Below are positions 25,938 through 34,437 of a stretch of 49,690 bases of DNA, one piece after another. The number at the start of each line of letters is the position of its first letter. Within the stretch, counting starts at the first letter, position 1. A model generated the notes under the pieces. The model had not been told where the DNA came from. It saw nothing but the letters and a program-made list of their open reading frames with translations, and searched no databases. A program made the translations under genes and the position numbers. Source of the DNA: a virus (lineage: Duplodnaviria; Caudoviricetes); IMG/VR virus record IMGVR_UViG_3300028585_000030, positions 1-49,690 of that record; one strand, given 5' to 3'.

Positions 25938-26485
25938 CCGGCTTCTTCCTCTCGGCCGACTACCTCATGGGCTCGCCGTGGCTCCGGCAACTCCTCTCCG
26001 TCCGCGTCCGGCCGACGCCCGTCGTCCCCGTCGGCACGCCGATCCGAGTCGTCACGGGCGACATCTACGCGCACCCGCTCGACATCATCGCGATCGAGCA
26101 CCGCAACCCCCACGACCGCCTCGACGCCTCCGGGAAGTGGTTCGCCGAGCAGATCGCCGACCGGTTCGACGCCGCGGCCGCCCGCCTCGTCGACGCCGGC
26201 CGCTCCGACCGAGCGACCATCATCGCGAGTGACGTCAGCACCCGGACCGACTACGAGAGCCTCAGGGGGCAGACCGAACTGTTCCGCGAGTACCTACAGC
26301 ACGCCGGCCCCTACCCCGGGACCCCGACGAGCAGGCACGGGCACGGCATCGCGATCGACCTGCACCACGTCGACCGCGAGCCCTGGCACTTCACGCACCC
26401 GACCCCGGACACCATGACCGTCGACGAGGCCGACGCCGTGTTCCGCGAGCTGCACCGGCGCAGGAGGGGCCGGCCCCGTGCATGA
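25934..26485 (+). CDS. Protein with a degenerate M15 (D-Ala-D-Ala peptidase-like) motif set
   Basis: TSRHGHGIAID...REPWHF. Confidence 0.6.
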   Translation: MTGFFLSADYLMGSPWLRQLLSVRVRPTPVVPVGTPIRVVTGDIYAHPLDIIAIEHRNPHDRLDASGKWFAEQIADRFDAAAARLVDAGRSDRATIIASDVSTRTDYESLRGQTELFREYLQHAGPYPGTPTSRHGHGIAIDLHHVDREPWHFTHPTPDTMTVDEADAVFRELHRRRRGRPRA

Positions 26486-26768
26486 GTTCGCGGTCGACCT
26501 CGCCCGCACGACCGCGCTCCGCGAGCTCGCGCAGGCAGCCGACCGCCTCGCCGTGCAGCACTTCGCCGCGACCCCGCTCTACCTCGCGACGATGCTGACG
26601 ACGCGCGTGCTGCCCCGCACCATCACGATCGAGCACGACGAAGCACAGACCATGGACGAGGCCCTGTACTCTGTGCGCCGCCTCACCTGGATCGTCGAGG
26701 GGCCGGTCTACACTGACCGCGTCGAGGAGCTCCTGGAAGCACATCGACGGGCACAGCGCGACCCCTGA
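26478..26768 (+). CDS. Hypothetical protein
   Basis: AGGAGG upstream; codon usage. Confidence 0.55.
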   Translation: MHEFAVDLARTTALRELAQAADRLAVQHFAATPLYLATMLTTRVLPRTITIEHDEAQTMDEALYSVRRLTWIVEGPVYTDRVEELLEAHRRAQRDP

Positions 26769-26780
26769 TCGTCGCCCGCC

Positions 26781-26817
26781 CACGACGCCCCCGGCCTTCG
26801 CTCCCGGGGGCGTTGTG
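26781..26817 (+). terminator. Intrinsic terminator ending the early/middle operon
   Basis: cacgacgcccccgg...ccgggggcgttgtg hairpin. Confidence 0.7.
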
Positions 26818-26849
26818 CTGTGCGAAGCCACAACATCTAGTGCTTCGAG

Positions 26850-26878
26850 TTGCGTGATCCTACAAAACGTGGCACTGT
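26850..26878 (+). promoter_or_regulatory. Putative promoter
   Basis: TTGCGT-17-(TGG)CACTGT in an AT-enriched intergenic region; same -35 hexamer as the leftward promoter. Confidence 0.55.
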
Positions 26879-26967
26879 CCTCGACTAGATGGGTGACAAG
26901 TGCACCCGGACGAGGATCAAGGGAACAGGCCCGGCAGTGAGATGACGGCCCCTAGTACCTGCCTCAC

Positions 26968-26999
26968 AAGGCCCGCCGGTCGCGATACCGGCGGGCCTT
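26968..26999 (+). terminator. Perfect 13-bp hairpin in leader (terminator or attenuator)
   Basis: aaggcccgccggt-cgcgat-accggcgggcctt. Confidence 0.6.
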
Positions 27000-27028
27000 C
27001 CTCATCCCCGGACCACGACGGAGGCACC

Positions 27029-27346
27029 ATGACCGACAGCGCGCTCGCACGAGACCTGCTCCACGCCCTCGACCACCACGGCCACACCTCGCCGGCCGAC
27101 GTCGTCGACGACGTGCGCCGCATCATCGCCGACCACCAGGCGAACGCCGCGGCCGCGGTCCTGACCGACCCCGCCCTCAACATCCTCGCCGAGCTCACCG
27201 CCCACGTCGGCCGGATCGCGGTCAACACGACGCGTGTCCCCGAGCACGTGCCCGCCGAGAAGGTCCTCGAGCGGTGGCCCCTGCGGATGCACGAGGAGAT
27301 GGCGGTCCCCTACGTCCGGTCGCTCGGGATCGAGGTCGACGAATGA
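27029..27346 (+). CDS. Hypothetical protein
   Basis: GGAGG RBS before ATG 27029. Confidence 0.65.
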   Translation: MTDSALARDLLHALDHHGHTSPADVVDDVRRIIADHQANAAAAVLTDPALNILAELTAHVGRIAVNTTRVPEHVPAEKVLERWPLRMHEEMAVPYVRSLGIEVDE

Positions 27347-27582
27347 GCCCCCGCGAGAAGGGCGCCCACCTCCCGCCCCTCACGTCCGAGCAGGCGTCGC
27401 AGCTCTCGGCCGTCCACGGCTTCATGCAGCAGCCGAGCATCCTCAGCATCAACCACGGGATCAACACCGATCCCACGGTCATGCAGCTCATCGGGGCCGA
27501 CCCGTGCGCCGCGTTCGGTCACCGGTGGGCGTACCTCGCAGCCGGCGGAGTCGAGTGCGACCGGTGCGGGGCCCGACGATGA
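27343..27582 (+). CDS. Small Cys-containing protein
   Basis: C..FGH.W......C.RCG. Confidence 0.55.
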   Translation: MSPREKGAHLPPLTSEQASQLSAVHGFMQQPSILSINHGINTDPTVMQLIGADPCAAFGHRWAYLAAGGVECDRCGARR

Positions 27583-27827
27583 GCGGCCTCATCGGCCGGC
27601 TCCTGCCGATCATCGGCCACCGACCCGACCCCGTCGCCCGCCCGTGGCTCTGGTACGTGGGCCGCGCCCACGGGTCGATCCTGTACCCGCACCCTCACGC
27701 GCACACCTTCCGACCCCGCCTGCACATCAGCCGCCGCGGCCTCCGCCTGTTCGTCGTCAAGGTGTGCATCACCGGCGCCATGATCCTGTGGGACCGCGAC
27801 CGCGCTGCCATCTGGGAGCGGTCATGA
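27579..27827 (+). CDS. Hypothetical protein
   Basis: ATGA couplings. Confidence 0.5.
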   Translation: MSGLIGRLLPIIGHRPDPVARPWLWYVGRAHGSILYPHPHAHTFRPRLHISRRGLRLFVVKVCITGAMILWDRDRAAIWERS

Positions 27828-28009
27828 GCCGCGGCCTCGGGCACATCGCCGACCGGGTCGCCCTCGCCGTGGTCCGGGCAGCAGCCCGGCAGCGCGAGAC
27901 CGAGCTGCAGGGCATCCGGCAACGGGCCCGTGCACGGGAGACCCGGGACCAGCGCCCCGCCCTGCGGAGCATCCCCGGGGGCAGGCTCCCCGGGGGCCCC
28001 CGAGCATGA
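27824..28009 (+). CDS. Hypothetical basic protein
   Basis: GGGAG RBS; ATGA couplings. Confidence 0.45.
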   Translation: MSRGLGHIADRVALAVVRAAARQRETELQGIRQRARARETRDQRPALRSIPGGRLPGGPRA

Positions 28010-28356
28010 CCCCCCGCCCCGACAACGGGCTACCCCCCCGCCGGCCCCGCCCTCAGGCCACCCCCACCGGCATCGACGTGCCACCGTGGGGCGGACGCCG
28101 CGCACAGGAGGCCCTCGCACAGGTCAAGGCGAGGGGCCGGCGCGCGTCCCTGCCATGCGTCATCTGCTCACAGCCCATCGACTACGGCCTGACCTATCCA
28201 CACCAGGACTCGTGCAGCGTGCAGCACGTGAAGCCACGCAAGCGGTACCCCGAGCTCACGTGGGACCCGCGCAACTGGGAGCCATCGCACCTCGTCTGCA
28301 ACAAGCAGCAGGGCGAGCGCGACGCACCACCGTCGCTCGGCATCACGTCACTCTGA
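28006..28356 (+). CDS. Packaging-associated HNH endonuclease
   Basis: CVICSQPID...SVQHVKP....PEL..DP.N...SH..CN; just upstream of terminase. Confidence 0.85.
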   Translation: MTPRPDNGLPPRRPRPQATPTGIDVPPWGGRRAQEALAQVKARGRRASLPCVICSQPIDYGLTYPHQDSCSVQHVKPRKRYPELTWDPRNWEPSHLVCNKQQGERDAPPSLGITSL

Positions 28357-28402
28357 CCGAGGCACGAGCAGCACGCACACGAGAGCGCAGAGGAGCGAGA
28401 CC

Positions 28403-28597
28403 GTGAACGAACACCGCACACGCACGAACCGTCGCGACGACTGGGAGCGCCACACCGGTGACGCCCTAGCACGAGCCCTCGACGCCGACCTCCTGCACGC
28501 CGCAACCCGCCCGACCAGCACGCCCGCACCCGCCCCGACGTCGATCCGCGGCCGCGCAACGCCCACCGGAACCACGCGCCCGCAGGGCGAGCGATAA
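28403..28597 (+). CDS. Hypothetical protein
   Basis: GAGGAG RBS; weak coding signal. Confidence 0.4.
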   Translation: MNEHRTRTNRRDDWERHTGDALARALDADLLHAATRPTSTPAPAPTSIRGRATPTGTTRPQGER

Positions 28598-28763
28598 TTT
28601 TGCCCCGTCACCCCCTGCCCCGCCCCTTCGGATGGGGTAGGGGGGTGGCAAAAAATCTGGGATCCCCTCGCAGCGGAAGATTGCCGCCGGGACCTCCCTC
28701 TCCCCCCCGGGTTCTCCCCGCGGGTCGCACACGCGCGCGATGATAACGCCGAGGAGTCGAAGC

Positions 28764-29066
28764 ATGGACGTTGGAACGCCGAAACCGCCCCCGTCAGAGG
28801 GACGAAAAGTGCCCGAAATCGCGGCCGGAGACCTCGAATCGGCCCGAATCGGGGGACATCGGCCCGGAATCGGCTCGAATGAGGTCGGCACGTTCGCCGG
28901 TTCGGCCGTCTGGGCCTACTCGTGCCCCTGCGGGTGGTCGATCCGGTCCGGTCACCGCGCCGACTTCGATCGACGGGTCCTCCTGCACGACGAGGGGCAC
29001 TCGATCGAGCTCGACGAGGTCCTCACGGGCGCCGACTGCCCCTGCGGGTGCGGGCTGCCCGCATGA
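28764..29066 (+). CDS. Hypothetical Cys-containing protein
   Basis: GAGGAG RBS; CPCGW...H..H, CPCGC. Confidence 0.5.
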   Translation: MDVGTPKPPPSEGRKVPEIAAGDLESARIGGHRPGIGSNEVGTFAGSAVWAYSCPCGWSIRSGHRADFDRRVLLHDEGHSIELDEVLTGADCPCGCGLPA

Positions 29067-29458
29067 CCCTGCTCGAAGAGACCGACAAGGCGATCGCCGC
29101 AGCTCCGCACCTGCTCGACCCCCGCTACGCGGGGTCGCTGCAGGCCCTGCGGATGCTCGCCGGCAAGGCGGACCAGTGGCACAAGATCGTCGAGTACGCC
29201 ATCGAGGACATCGAGGGCGCCGACGGTCGCCGGCGGCCGGCGGTCCCGCAGAACGACAACACCACCCTGGCGAGCTACGCGAAGCTCTCCGAGCAACTCG
29301 GCCTGACCCCGATCGGCCGCAAGACCCTCGACGGGGTCGGCGGCGCGAACGGCGGGGCAGCATCACCAGCAGGCAAGACCGACGGCGCAGAGGAGGCGGG
29401 CACCAGTGGCAAGACGGGAAAGCTCGGCCTCATCACCCCGATCAGCGGTCCTAGATGA
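29063..29458 (+). CDS. terS: Terminase small subunit
   Basis: Position before TerL; DN.T...Y.K....LGLTP.GR motif. Confidence 0.8.
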   Translation: MTLLEETDKAIAAAPHLLDPRYAGSLQALRMLAGKADQWHKIVEYAIEDIEGADGRRRPAVPQNDNTTLASYAKLSEQLGLTPIGRKTLDGVGGANGGAASPAGKTDGAEEAGTSGKTGKLGLITPISGPR

Positions 29459-31283
29459 CCCCCGCGACGGCTCCTACCACGACGACGTCGTGCACGAGGG
29501 CTGGGAGCAGCTAGAGCCCGGCAAGCGGTACGGCCGCGCCGTGCCGCGCGTGTTCACCCCGCCGCTCCGCGAGCTCGTGCCCGAGGTCCGCGACGAGAGC
29601 GGCCGGATCACGCAGGAGGCGACGTCGTGGGGCTACCGCGTGATCGTGTTCGCCGCGGTCGTCCTCGAGATACGCCTCATGCCCTGGCAGAGGTGGCTCC
29701 TGATCCACATGCTCGAACTCGACCGCCGGGGCCGGCTTCGGTTCCAGACGGTCGTCGTGCTCGTCGCCCGGCAGAACGGCAAGTCGACCCTGTCGCAGGT
29801 CCTGTCCCTGTGGTTCATGATCGAGGCGAAGTGGCCCCTGGTCCTCGGGACCGCGCAGGACCTGACCACCGCCGAGGAGGTGTGGGAGGGCGCCGTCGCC
29901 CTGCTCGAAGATGACCCCGAGCTGACGACGCTGATCGCGAAGCTCTCGCAGCGCAACGGCAAGAAGATGGTCACGCTGACGAACGCGACCCGGTACCTCG
30001 TGAAGGCCGCGAGCCGGAAGGCCGGCCGCGGGCTCTCGGGGAACCTGATCCTCCTCGACGAGCTCCGCGAGCAGCAGAACTGGGCCGCGTGGGGCGCGAT
30101 CACGAAGACGACGAACGCGCAGACGGAGAGCCTCATCGTGGGGCTCTCGAACGCCGGCGACATCACGAGCGTCGTCCTCCGGTACCTCCGGCTCCTCGCG
30201 CACAAGGCGGTCGGCGACCCCGACGGCCTCCACCGCGACGTGCTGGGCGTGCTGCCCGGCCCGTCCGTCGTCGACGTCGACCCGATCGACCCCGAGGACG
30301 AGGACGAGGTCGACGAGCTCCTCGACGAGCTCGAACAGGACGAGGACACCCTGTTCCTCGCGGAGTGGTCGGCCATCCCCGGCATCGCCGTCAAGGATCG
30401 CGACGGCTGGGCGCAGGCTAACCCGGCCCTCGGGTACCGCGTGCAGGAGCGCAAGATCGCCGGCGACGCCCGCACCGACCCCGAGTGGATTTTCCGCACG
30501 GAGGTCCTCTGCCAGTGGTCGGACTCGACCCTCGAGGGGCCCTTCGCTCCCGGCTCCTGGGAGCAGGGCACGAACGAGCCGGTGCAGGCGACCGACATCG
30601 ACGGCGAGCCGCTCGTCGACGAGGACGGCAAGCCGGTCCCCGAGCTCGACGAGCGCGGTGCCCCGATCGTGCGCGAGGCCGACAAGATCGTCGGCCGGTT
30701 CGACGTGTGCATCGACCAGAGCAGCGACCGCGGCACCGTGTGGATCGTCGCCGTCGGCACCCGCCGCGACGGCAAGCAGCACGCCGAGGTCATGATCGGC
30801 CTGCCCGGCACCGACCGGGTCTCCGACTTCCTCCTCGACCCGGTCCGCCGCAGCCGCATCAACCGGGTCACCGGGCAGTGGCGAGGCGCCCCCATCAGCC
30901 TGTTCATGGCCGAGCTACAGAAGGACCCGAAGTTCCCTCTGGAAGTCGTCGAGTGGCAGGGCGGCGCCCTCACCGGAGGCACCGGCCTCCTCCTCGACGC
31001 CGTCCGTGACGTCACGGTCCGGCATCACAAGCAGCCCGCCCTCGACATCGCCGCAGCGACGGCCGTTCTCAAGCAGCTCGGCGGCGAGCAGGTCATCGAC
31101 CGGTTCGCCTCAGAGTCGGACGTGTCGCCCCTGATCGGCATGGCCGGCGCGCTGTGGCTCCACCGGCAGCGCAAGACCGCGCCGCCGCCTCCCCCGCCGC
31201 CTCCGGCGGTACTCCGCAAGACCGACGACGGCTCCGCCGGCGGGAACACCCTCACGGGTGACCTGTCCCGGATGTCGTTCTGA
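29406..31283 (+). CDS. terL: Terminase large subunit
   Basis: AGGAGG RBS; LMPWQ, Walker A VARQNGKS, Walker B ILLDE, coupling motif SNAG, W.QANPALG, FRTE.LCQW. Confidence 0.95.
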   Translation: MARRESSASSPRSAVLDDPRDGSYHDDVVHEGWEQLEPGKRYGRAVPRVFTPPLRELVPEVRDESGRITQEATSWGYRVIVFAAVVLEIRLMPWQRWLLIHMLELDRRGRLRFQTVVVLVARQNGKSTLSQVLSLWFMIEAKWPLVLGTAQDLTTAEEVWEGAVALLEDDPELTTLIAKLSQRNGKKMVTLTNATRYLVKAASRKAGRGLSGNLILLDELREQQNWAAWGAITKTTNAQTESLIVGLSNAGDITSVVLRYLRLLAHKAVGDPDGLHRDVLGVLPGPSVVDVDPIDPEDEDEVDELLDELEQDEDTLFLAEWSAIPGIAVKDRDGWAQANPALGYRVQERKIAGDARTDPEWIFRTEVLCQWSDSTLEGPFAPGSWEQGTNEPVQATDIDGEPLVDEDGKPVPELDERGAPIVREADKIVGRFDVCIDQSSDRGTVWIVAVGTRRDGKQHAEVMIGLPGTDRVSDFLLDPVRRSRINRVTGQWRGAPISLFMAELQKDPKFPLEVVEWQGGALTGGTGLLLDAVRDVTVRHHKQPALDIAAATAVLKQLGGEQVIDRFASESDVSPLIGMAGALWLHRQRKTAPPPPPPPPAVLRKTDDGSAGGNTLTGDLSRMSF

Positions 31284-31300
31284 CCGAGAGGACCTCCCAG

Positions 31301-32701
31301 ATGGCCGACGAGCCGAAGGTGCCCGCGACCGCGAAGGCCGCGAAGGCGTACCAGACAGAGGGCGGCGCATGGTGGGCGGGTCTCGACCAGAACGAGAACA
31401 CGCCCGAGCTCGTGTGGCCCCGATCGATCGAGGTCTACGACCTCATGAGGCGCACGGACCCGCAGATCCTTGCGATGTTCCGCGCGGTCACCCTGCCGAT
31501 CCGCCGCACGCAGTGGCGCATCGAGCCGAACGGGGCCCGCGCCGACGTCGTCAAGCTCGTCGCGGAGGACCTCGGGCTCCCGATCGTCGGCGACGACTCC
31601 ACGACGCCGCGGCACCTGAACCGCACGCGCGACCGGTTCGACTTCGCCGACTACCTCCGGCTCTCGCTCCTGAAACTCGTGTTCGGCCACAGCTTCTTCG
31701 AGCAGGTGTACCGGATCGAGCGGACCCCTACCGGCGCCCGTCAGGCCCGCCTCGGCAAGCTCCTCTGGATTCCGCCGCGCACCATCGGCGAGGTGAAGGT
31801 GGAGAGCGACGGCGGGCTCGCGCACATCAAGCAGCGCGAGGCGAAGAACGGGGTCAAGATCGAGGTAGGCGAGCTCGTCGCGCACGTGTCCGACCGCGAG
31901 GGCGGCAACTGGCTCGGCCAGAGCCTCCTCCGTCCGGCCTACAAGTTCTGGATTCTCAAGGACCGGCTCCTCCGCGTGCAGGCGCAGACGGTCGAGCGGA
32001 ACGGCATGGGCGTCCCCACGTTCACCGACCGCGACCACACCGCGAGCGGGCAGCTCGAACCGGACGAGGTCGCCGCCCGCGAGCAGGCCGGCATCGCGGC
32101 GGGCCTCGCGATCGCTCGCGCGTTCCGGTCGGGCGACACCGCCGGCGCCGCGCTCGTGAACGGACAGAGCCTGACCCTCAACGGCGTCGCCGGCAAGCTG
32201 CCCGACGCCATGACCCCGATCCGGTACTACGACGACCAGATCGCCCGCGCGTTCCTGGCGAACTTCCTCAGCCTCGGCGGCGACGACTCCACCGGGTCCT
32301 ACGCCCTCGGGAACACGTTCCGGGACTTCTTCACGATGAGCCTCGACACCGTCGCGTTGGAGTTCGCAGCGATCACGAACCAGCACGTCATCGAGGACCT
32401 CGTGGACCTCAACTTCGGCCGGGACGCGAAGGCGCCGCGGCTCGTGTTCGAGGACATCGCCTCGCAGCACGCCATCACCGCCGAGGGCATCCGAGCTCTC
32501 GTCGAGTGCGGCGCGCTGACCCCCGACGACGACCTCGAGGCGTACCTCCGCGACACCTCGCACCTCCCGAAGCGGGACCCGGACACTGCCCGGGTCAAGG
32601 CGCCCGCCGCGGCGCCGACCGCACCCGACCCGGCGCCCGCCGGCGACCCCGACACCGACACGGACACCGACACCGCCGACGGCGGAGAGGAGACATCATG
32701 A
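31301..32701 (+). CDS. Portal protein (DUF935/Mu gp29-like)
   Basis: E..PEL.WP.SI.VYD.MRRTD.Q, G.SLLRPAY..W..KD.L.R, ERNGMGVP, GSYALG. Confidence 0.9.
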   Translation: MADEPKVPATAKAAKAYQTEGGAWWAGLDQNENTPELVWPRSIEVYDLMRRTDPQILAMFRAVTLPIRRTQWRIEPNGARADVVKLVAEDLGLPIVGDDSTTPRHLNRTRDRFDFADYLRLSLLKLVFGHSFFEQVYRIERTPTGARQARLGKLLWIPPRTIGEVKVESDGGLAHIKQREAKNGVKIEVGELVAHVSDREGGNWLGQSLLRPAYKFWILKDRLLRVQAQTVERNGMGVPTFTDRDHTASGQLEPDEVAAREQAGIAAGLAIARAFRSGDTAGAALVNGQSLTLNGVAGKLPDAMTPIRYYDDQIARAFLANFLSLGGDDSTGSYALGNTFRDFFTMSLDTVALEFAAITNQHVIEDLVDLNFGRDAKAPRLVFEDIASQHAITAEGIRALVECGALTPDDDLEAYLRDTSHLPKRDPDTARVKAPAAAPTAPDPAPAGDPDTDTDTDTADGGEETS

Positions 32702-34056
32702 CCGGACGCACGCCCCTCGGGCTGCCTCAGAACGTCACGCCCCGCGCGTGGTTCCGCATCGAGGACCACTCGCAGAGCCGGCCCCGCGGCGAGGGCGACA
32801 CGACGGCCGCCGTCTACGTCTACGACGCGATCGGCGGCTGGTACGGCGTCGAGGCGTCCGCGTTCGTGGCCGAGCTCTCGGCCCTCGACGTCGACCACAT
32901 CGACCTGTTCGTGAACAGCCCCGGAGGCGACGTCTACGACGCGATCGCCATGACGAACGCACTCCGGCGCCACCGGGCGACCGTGACGGCCACCGTCGAC
33001 GGCCTGGCCGCCTCCGCGGCCTCGTTCCTCATCACGGCCGCCGACGACATCGTCATGAGCCCGAACAGCGAGCTCATGGTCCACGACGCCTGGGGCATGG
33101 CGATCGGCAACGCCGGCGACATGCGCGACTACGGAGACCAGCTCGACCGCATCAGCGACAACATCGCGAGCATGTACGCCGCGCAGGCCGGCGGCGAGAC
33201 CGCCGACTGGCGCGCGATCATGCTCGCCGAGACCTGGTACTCCGCCGAGGAGGCGGTCACCGCCGGCCTCGCGAACCGAGTCGAGGGCGCCGACGGGACC
33301 GACGTCGACGGCGACGAGGCATCGAACCTGTTCGACCTGTCCTCGTTCGCGCACGCCGGCCGTCGCGCCGCTCCCGAGCCGCTCGCCCCCGCGGCGATCG
33401 CCACCGCTCGCCGTCGCATGGCGGCCGAGCTCAACTACTCCCCCGAGGTCATCGAGGCGCGGATCGCCGCGCAGATGACCGAGCGGCGGAACACGCATCC
33501 GGCCGCGCCGGGTGACACCACCCCCACCAACACCAACAGAACGGAGGTCGCCCCTGTGGACGACACCACCACCCGGGGAATCATGGACCGGCTCGGCATC
33601 CCCGCCACCACGGCTCTCCTCGAGCCCGCCGCCCTGTTCGCCGCCATCGACGAGGTCGTCGCCGAGCGCCCGGAGGCCCCCGCGGCCGCCGCGGCGTCGC
33701 GCGAGCTCCCCGAGGGCGTCGTGACGATCGACGCCGGCACGCTGGCCGACCTGCAGGCCGCGGCCACCCTCGGCGCGGAGGCTCGCGCCGAGCAGGTCGC
33801 CGCCCGCCGGCTCGCCGTCGTGAACGCGGCCATCGACGAGGGCCGGATCCCCCCGGCTCGCGCCGAGCACTGGGTCGCGCAGCTCGCCGCCGACGAGGAC
33901 GGCGCCACCGCGACGCTCGCCACCCTGGCGCCGGGCACGATCAACACGGCCGCCAAGACCGTCGTCGGAGGCGCCGAGCAGTCCGGCGACGACGACTCGC
34001 TCTACAACCGGATGTTCCCCAAGACCAGCGACACCGACACCACGAAGGGGGCTTAG
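32698..34056 (+). CDS. ClpP-type prohead protease fused to scaffold domain
   Basis: NSPGGDVYD, DGLAASAAS, MVHDAW, ETWYSAEEA..AGLA; C-terminal AI.EGRIPPA..EHW scaffold. Confidence 0.9.
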   Translation: MTGRTPLGLPQNVTPRAWFRIEDHSQSRPRGEGDTTAAVYVYDAIGGWYGVEASAFVAELSALDVDHIDLFVNSPGGDVYDAIAMTNALRRHRATVTATVDGLAASAASFLITAADDIVMSPNSELMVHDAWGMAIGNAGDMRDYGDQLDRISDNIASMYAAQAGGETADWRAIMLAETWYSAEEAVTAGLANRVEGADGTDVDGDEASNLFDLSSFAHAGRRAAPEPLAPAAIATARRRMAAELNYSPEVIEARIAAQMTERRNTHPAAPGDTTPTNTNRTEVAPVDDTTTRGIMDRLGIPATTALLEPAALFAAIDEVVAERPEAPAAAAASRELPEGVVTIDAGTLADLQAAATLGAEARAEQVAARRLAVVNAAIDEGRIPPARAEHWVAQLAADEDGATATLATLAPGTINTAAKTVVGGAEQSGDDDSLYNRMFPKTSDTDTTKGA

Positions 34057-34059
34057 CTC

Positions 34060-34422
34060 ATGGCTGACCCGAAGCAGTACACCCCGAAGTTCCGTCCCGG
34101 GCAGGACGTCGGCTACCGCGCGACGGCCGACGTCCGCGCCGGCCGCATCGTCGAGGTCACGGGCGACACCGCTGTGGCCGAGGCCGCAGCCGGCTCGACC
34201 AAGACCGTCGGAATCGCGGCCACCACCGTGAAGGCCGGCGAGCTCCTCCTGGTGATGTCGGGCGGCGTGCAGCGCCCCCTGGCCTCGGGCGCGATCGCCG
34301 CGGGTGACCGCGTCGCCGCGGCCGCCGGTGGCACGGTCGCAACCGCCACCACCGCAACGATCGGCACGGCGATCGCCGCAGCCGCCAACGGCGCCCAGGC
34401 GCTCATCAAGCTCGACAAGTAA
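34060..34422 (+). CDS. Capsid decoration/cement protein (DUF2190-like)
   Basis: Ala/Gly-rich, ASGAIAAGD.V.AAAGG.V; between scaffold and MCP. Confidence 0.8.
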   Translation: MADPKQYTPKFRPGQDVGYRATADVRAGRIVEVTGDTAVAEAAAGSTKTVGIAATTVKAGELLLVMSGGVQRPLASGAIAAGDRVAAAAGGTVATATTATIGTAIAAAANGAQALIKLDK

Positions 34423-34437
34423 GGGAGACCCCGCAGC

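Noticed and set aside
26900-27028. GTG 26900 start for the ORF ending at 27346, or a tRNA in this gap
   Set aside because: ATG 27029 has a GGAGG RBS and the upstream part contains a strong hairpin; no cloverleaf or T-loop consensus found
29455-29457. ATG overlapping the terS stop as the TerL start
   Set aside because: Out of frame with TerL; GTG 29406 has an AGGAGG RBS
34054-34062. In-frame TAG-CTC-ATG between scaffold and decoration genes as readthrough or stop-codon recoding
   Set aside because: The downstream gene has its own RBS; TAG is used as a normal stop throughout; no suppressor tRNA
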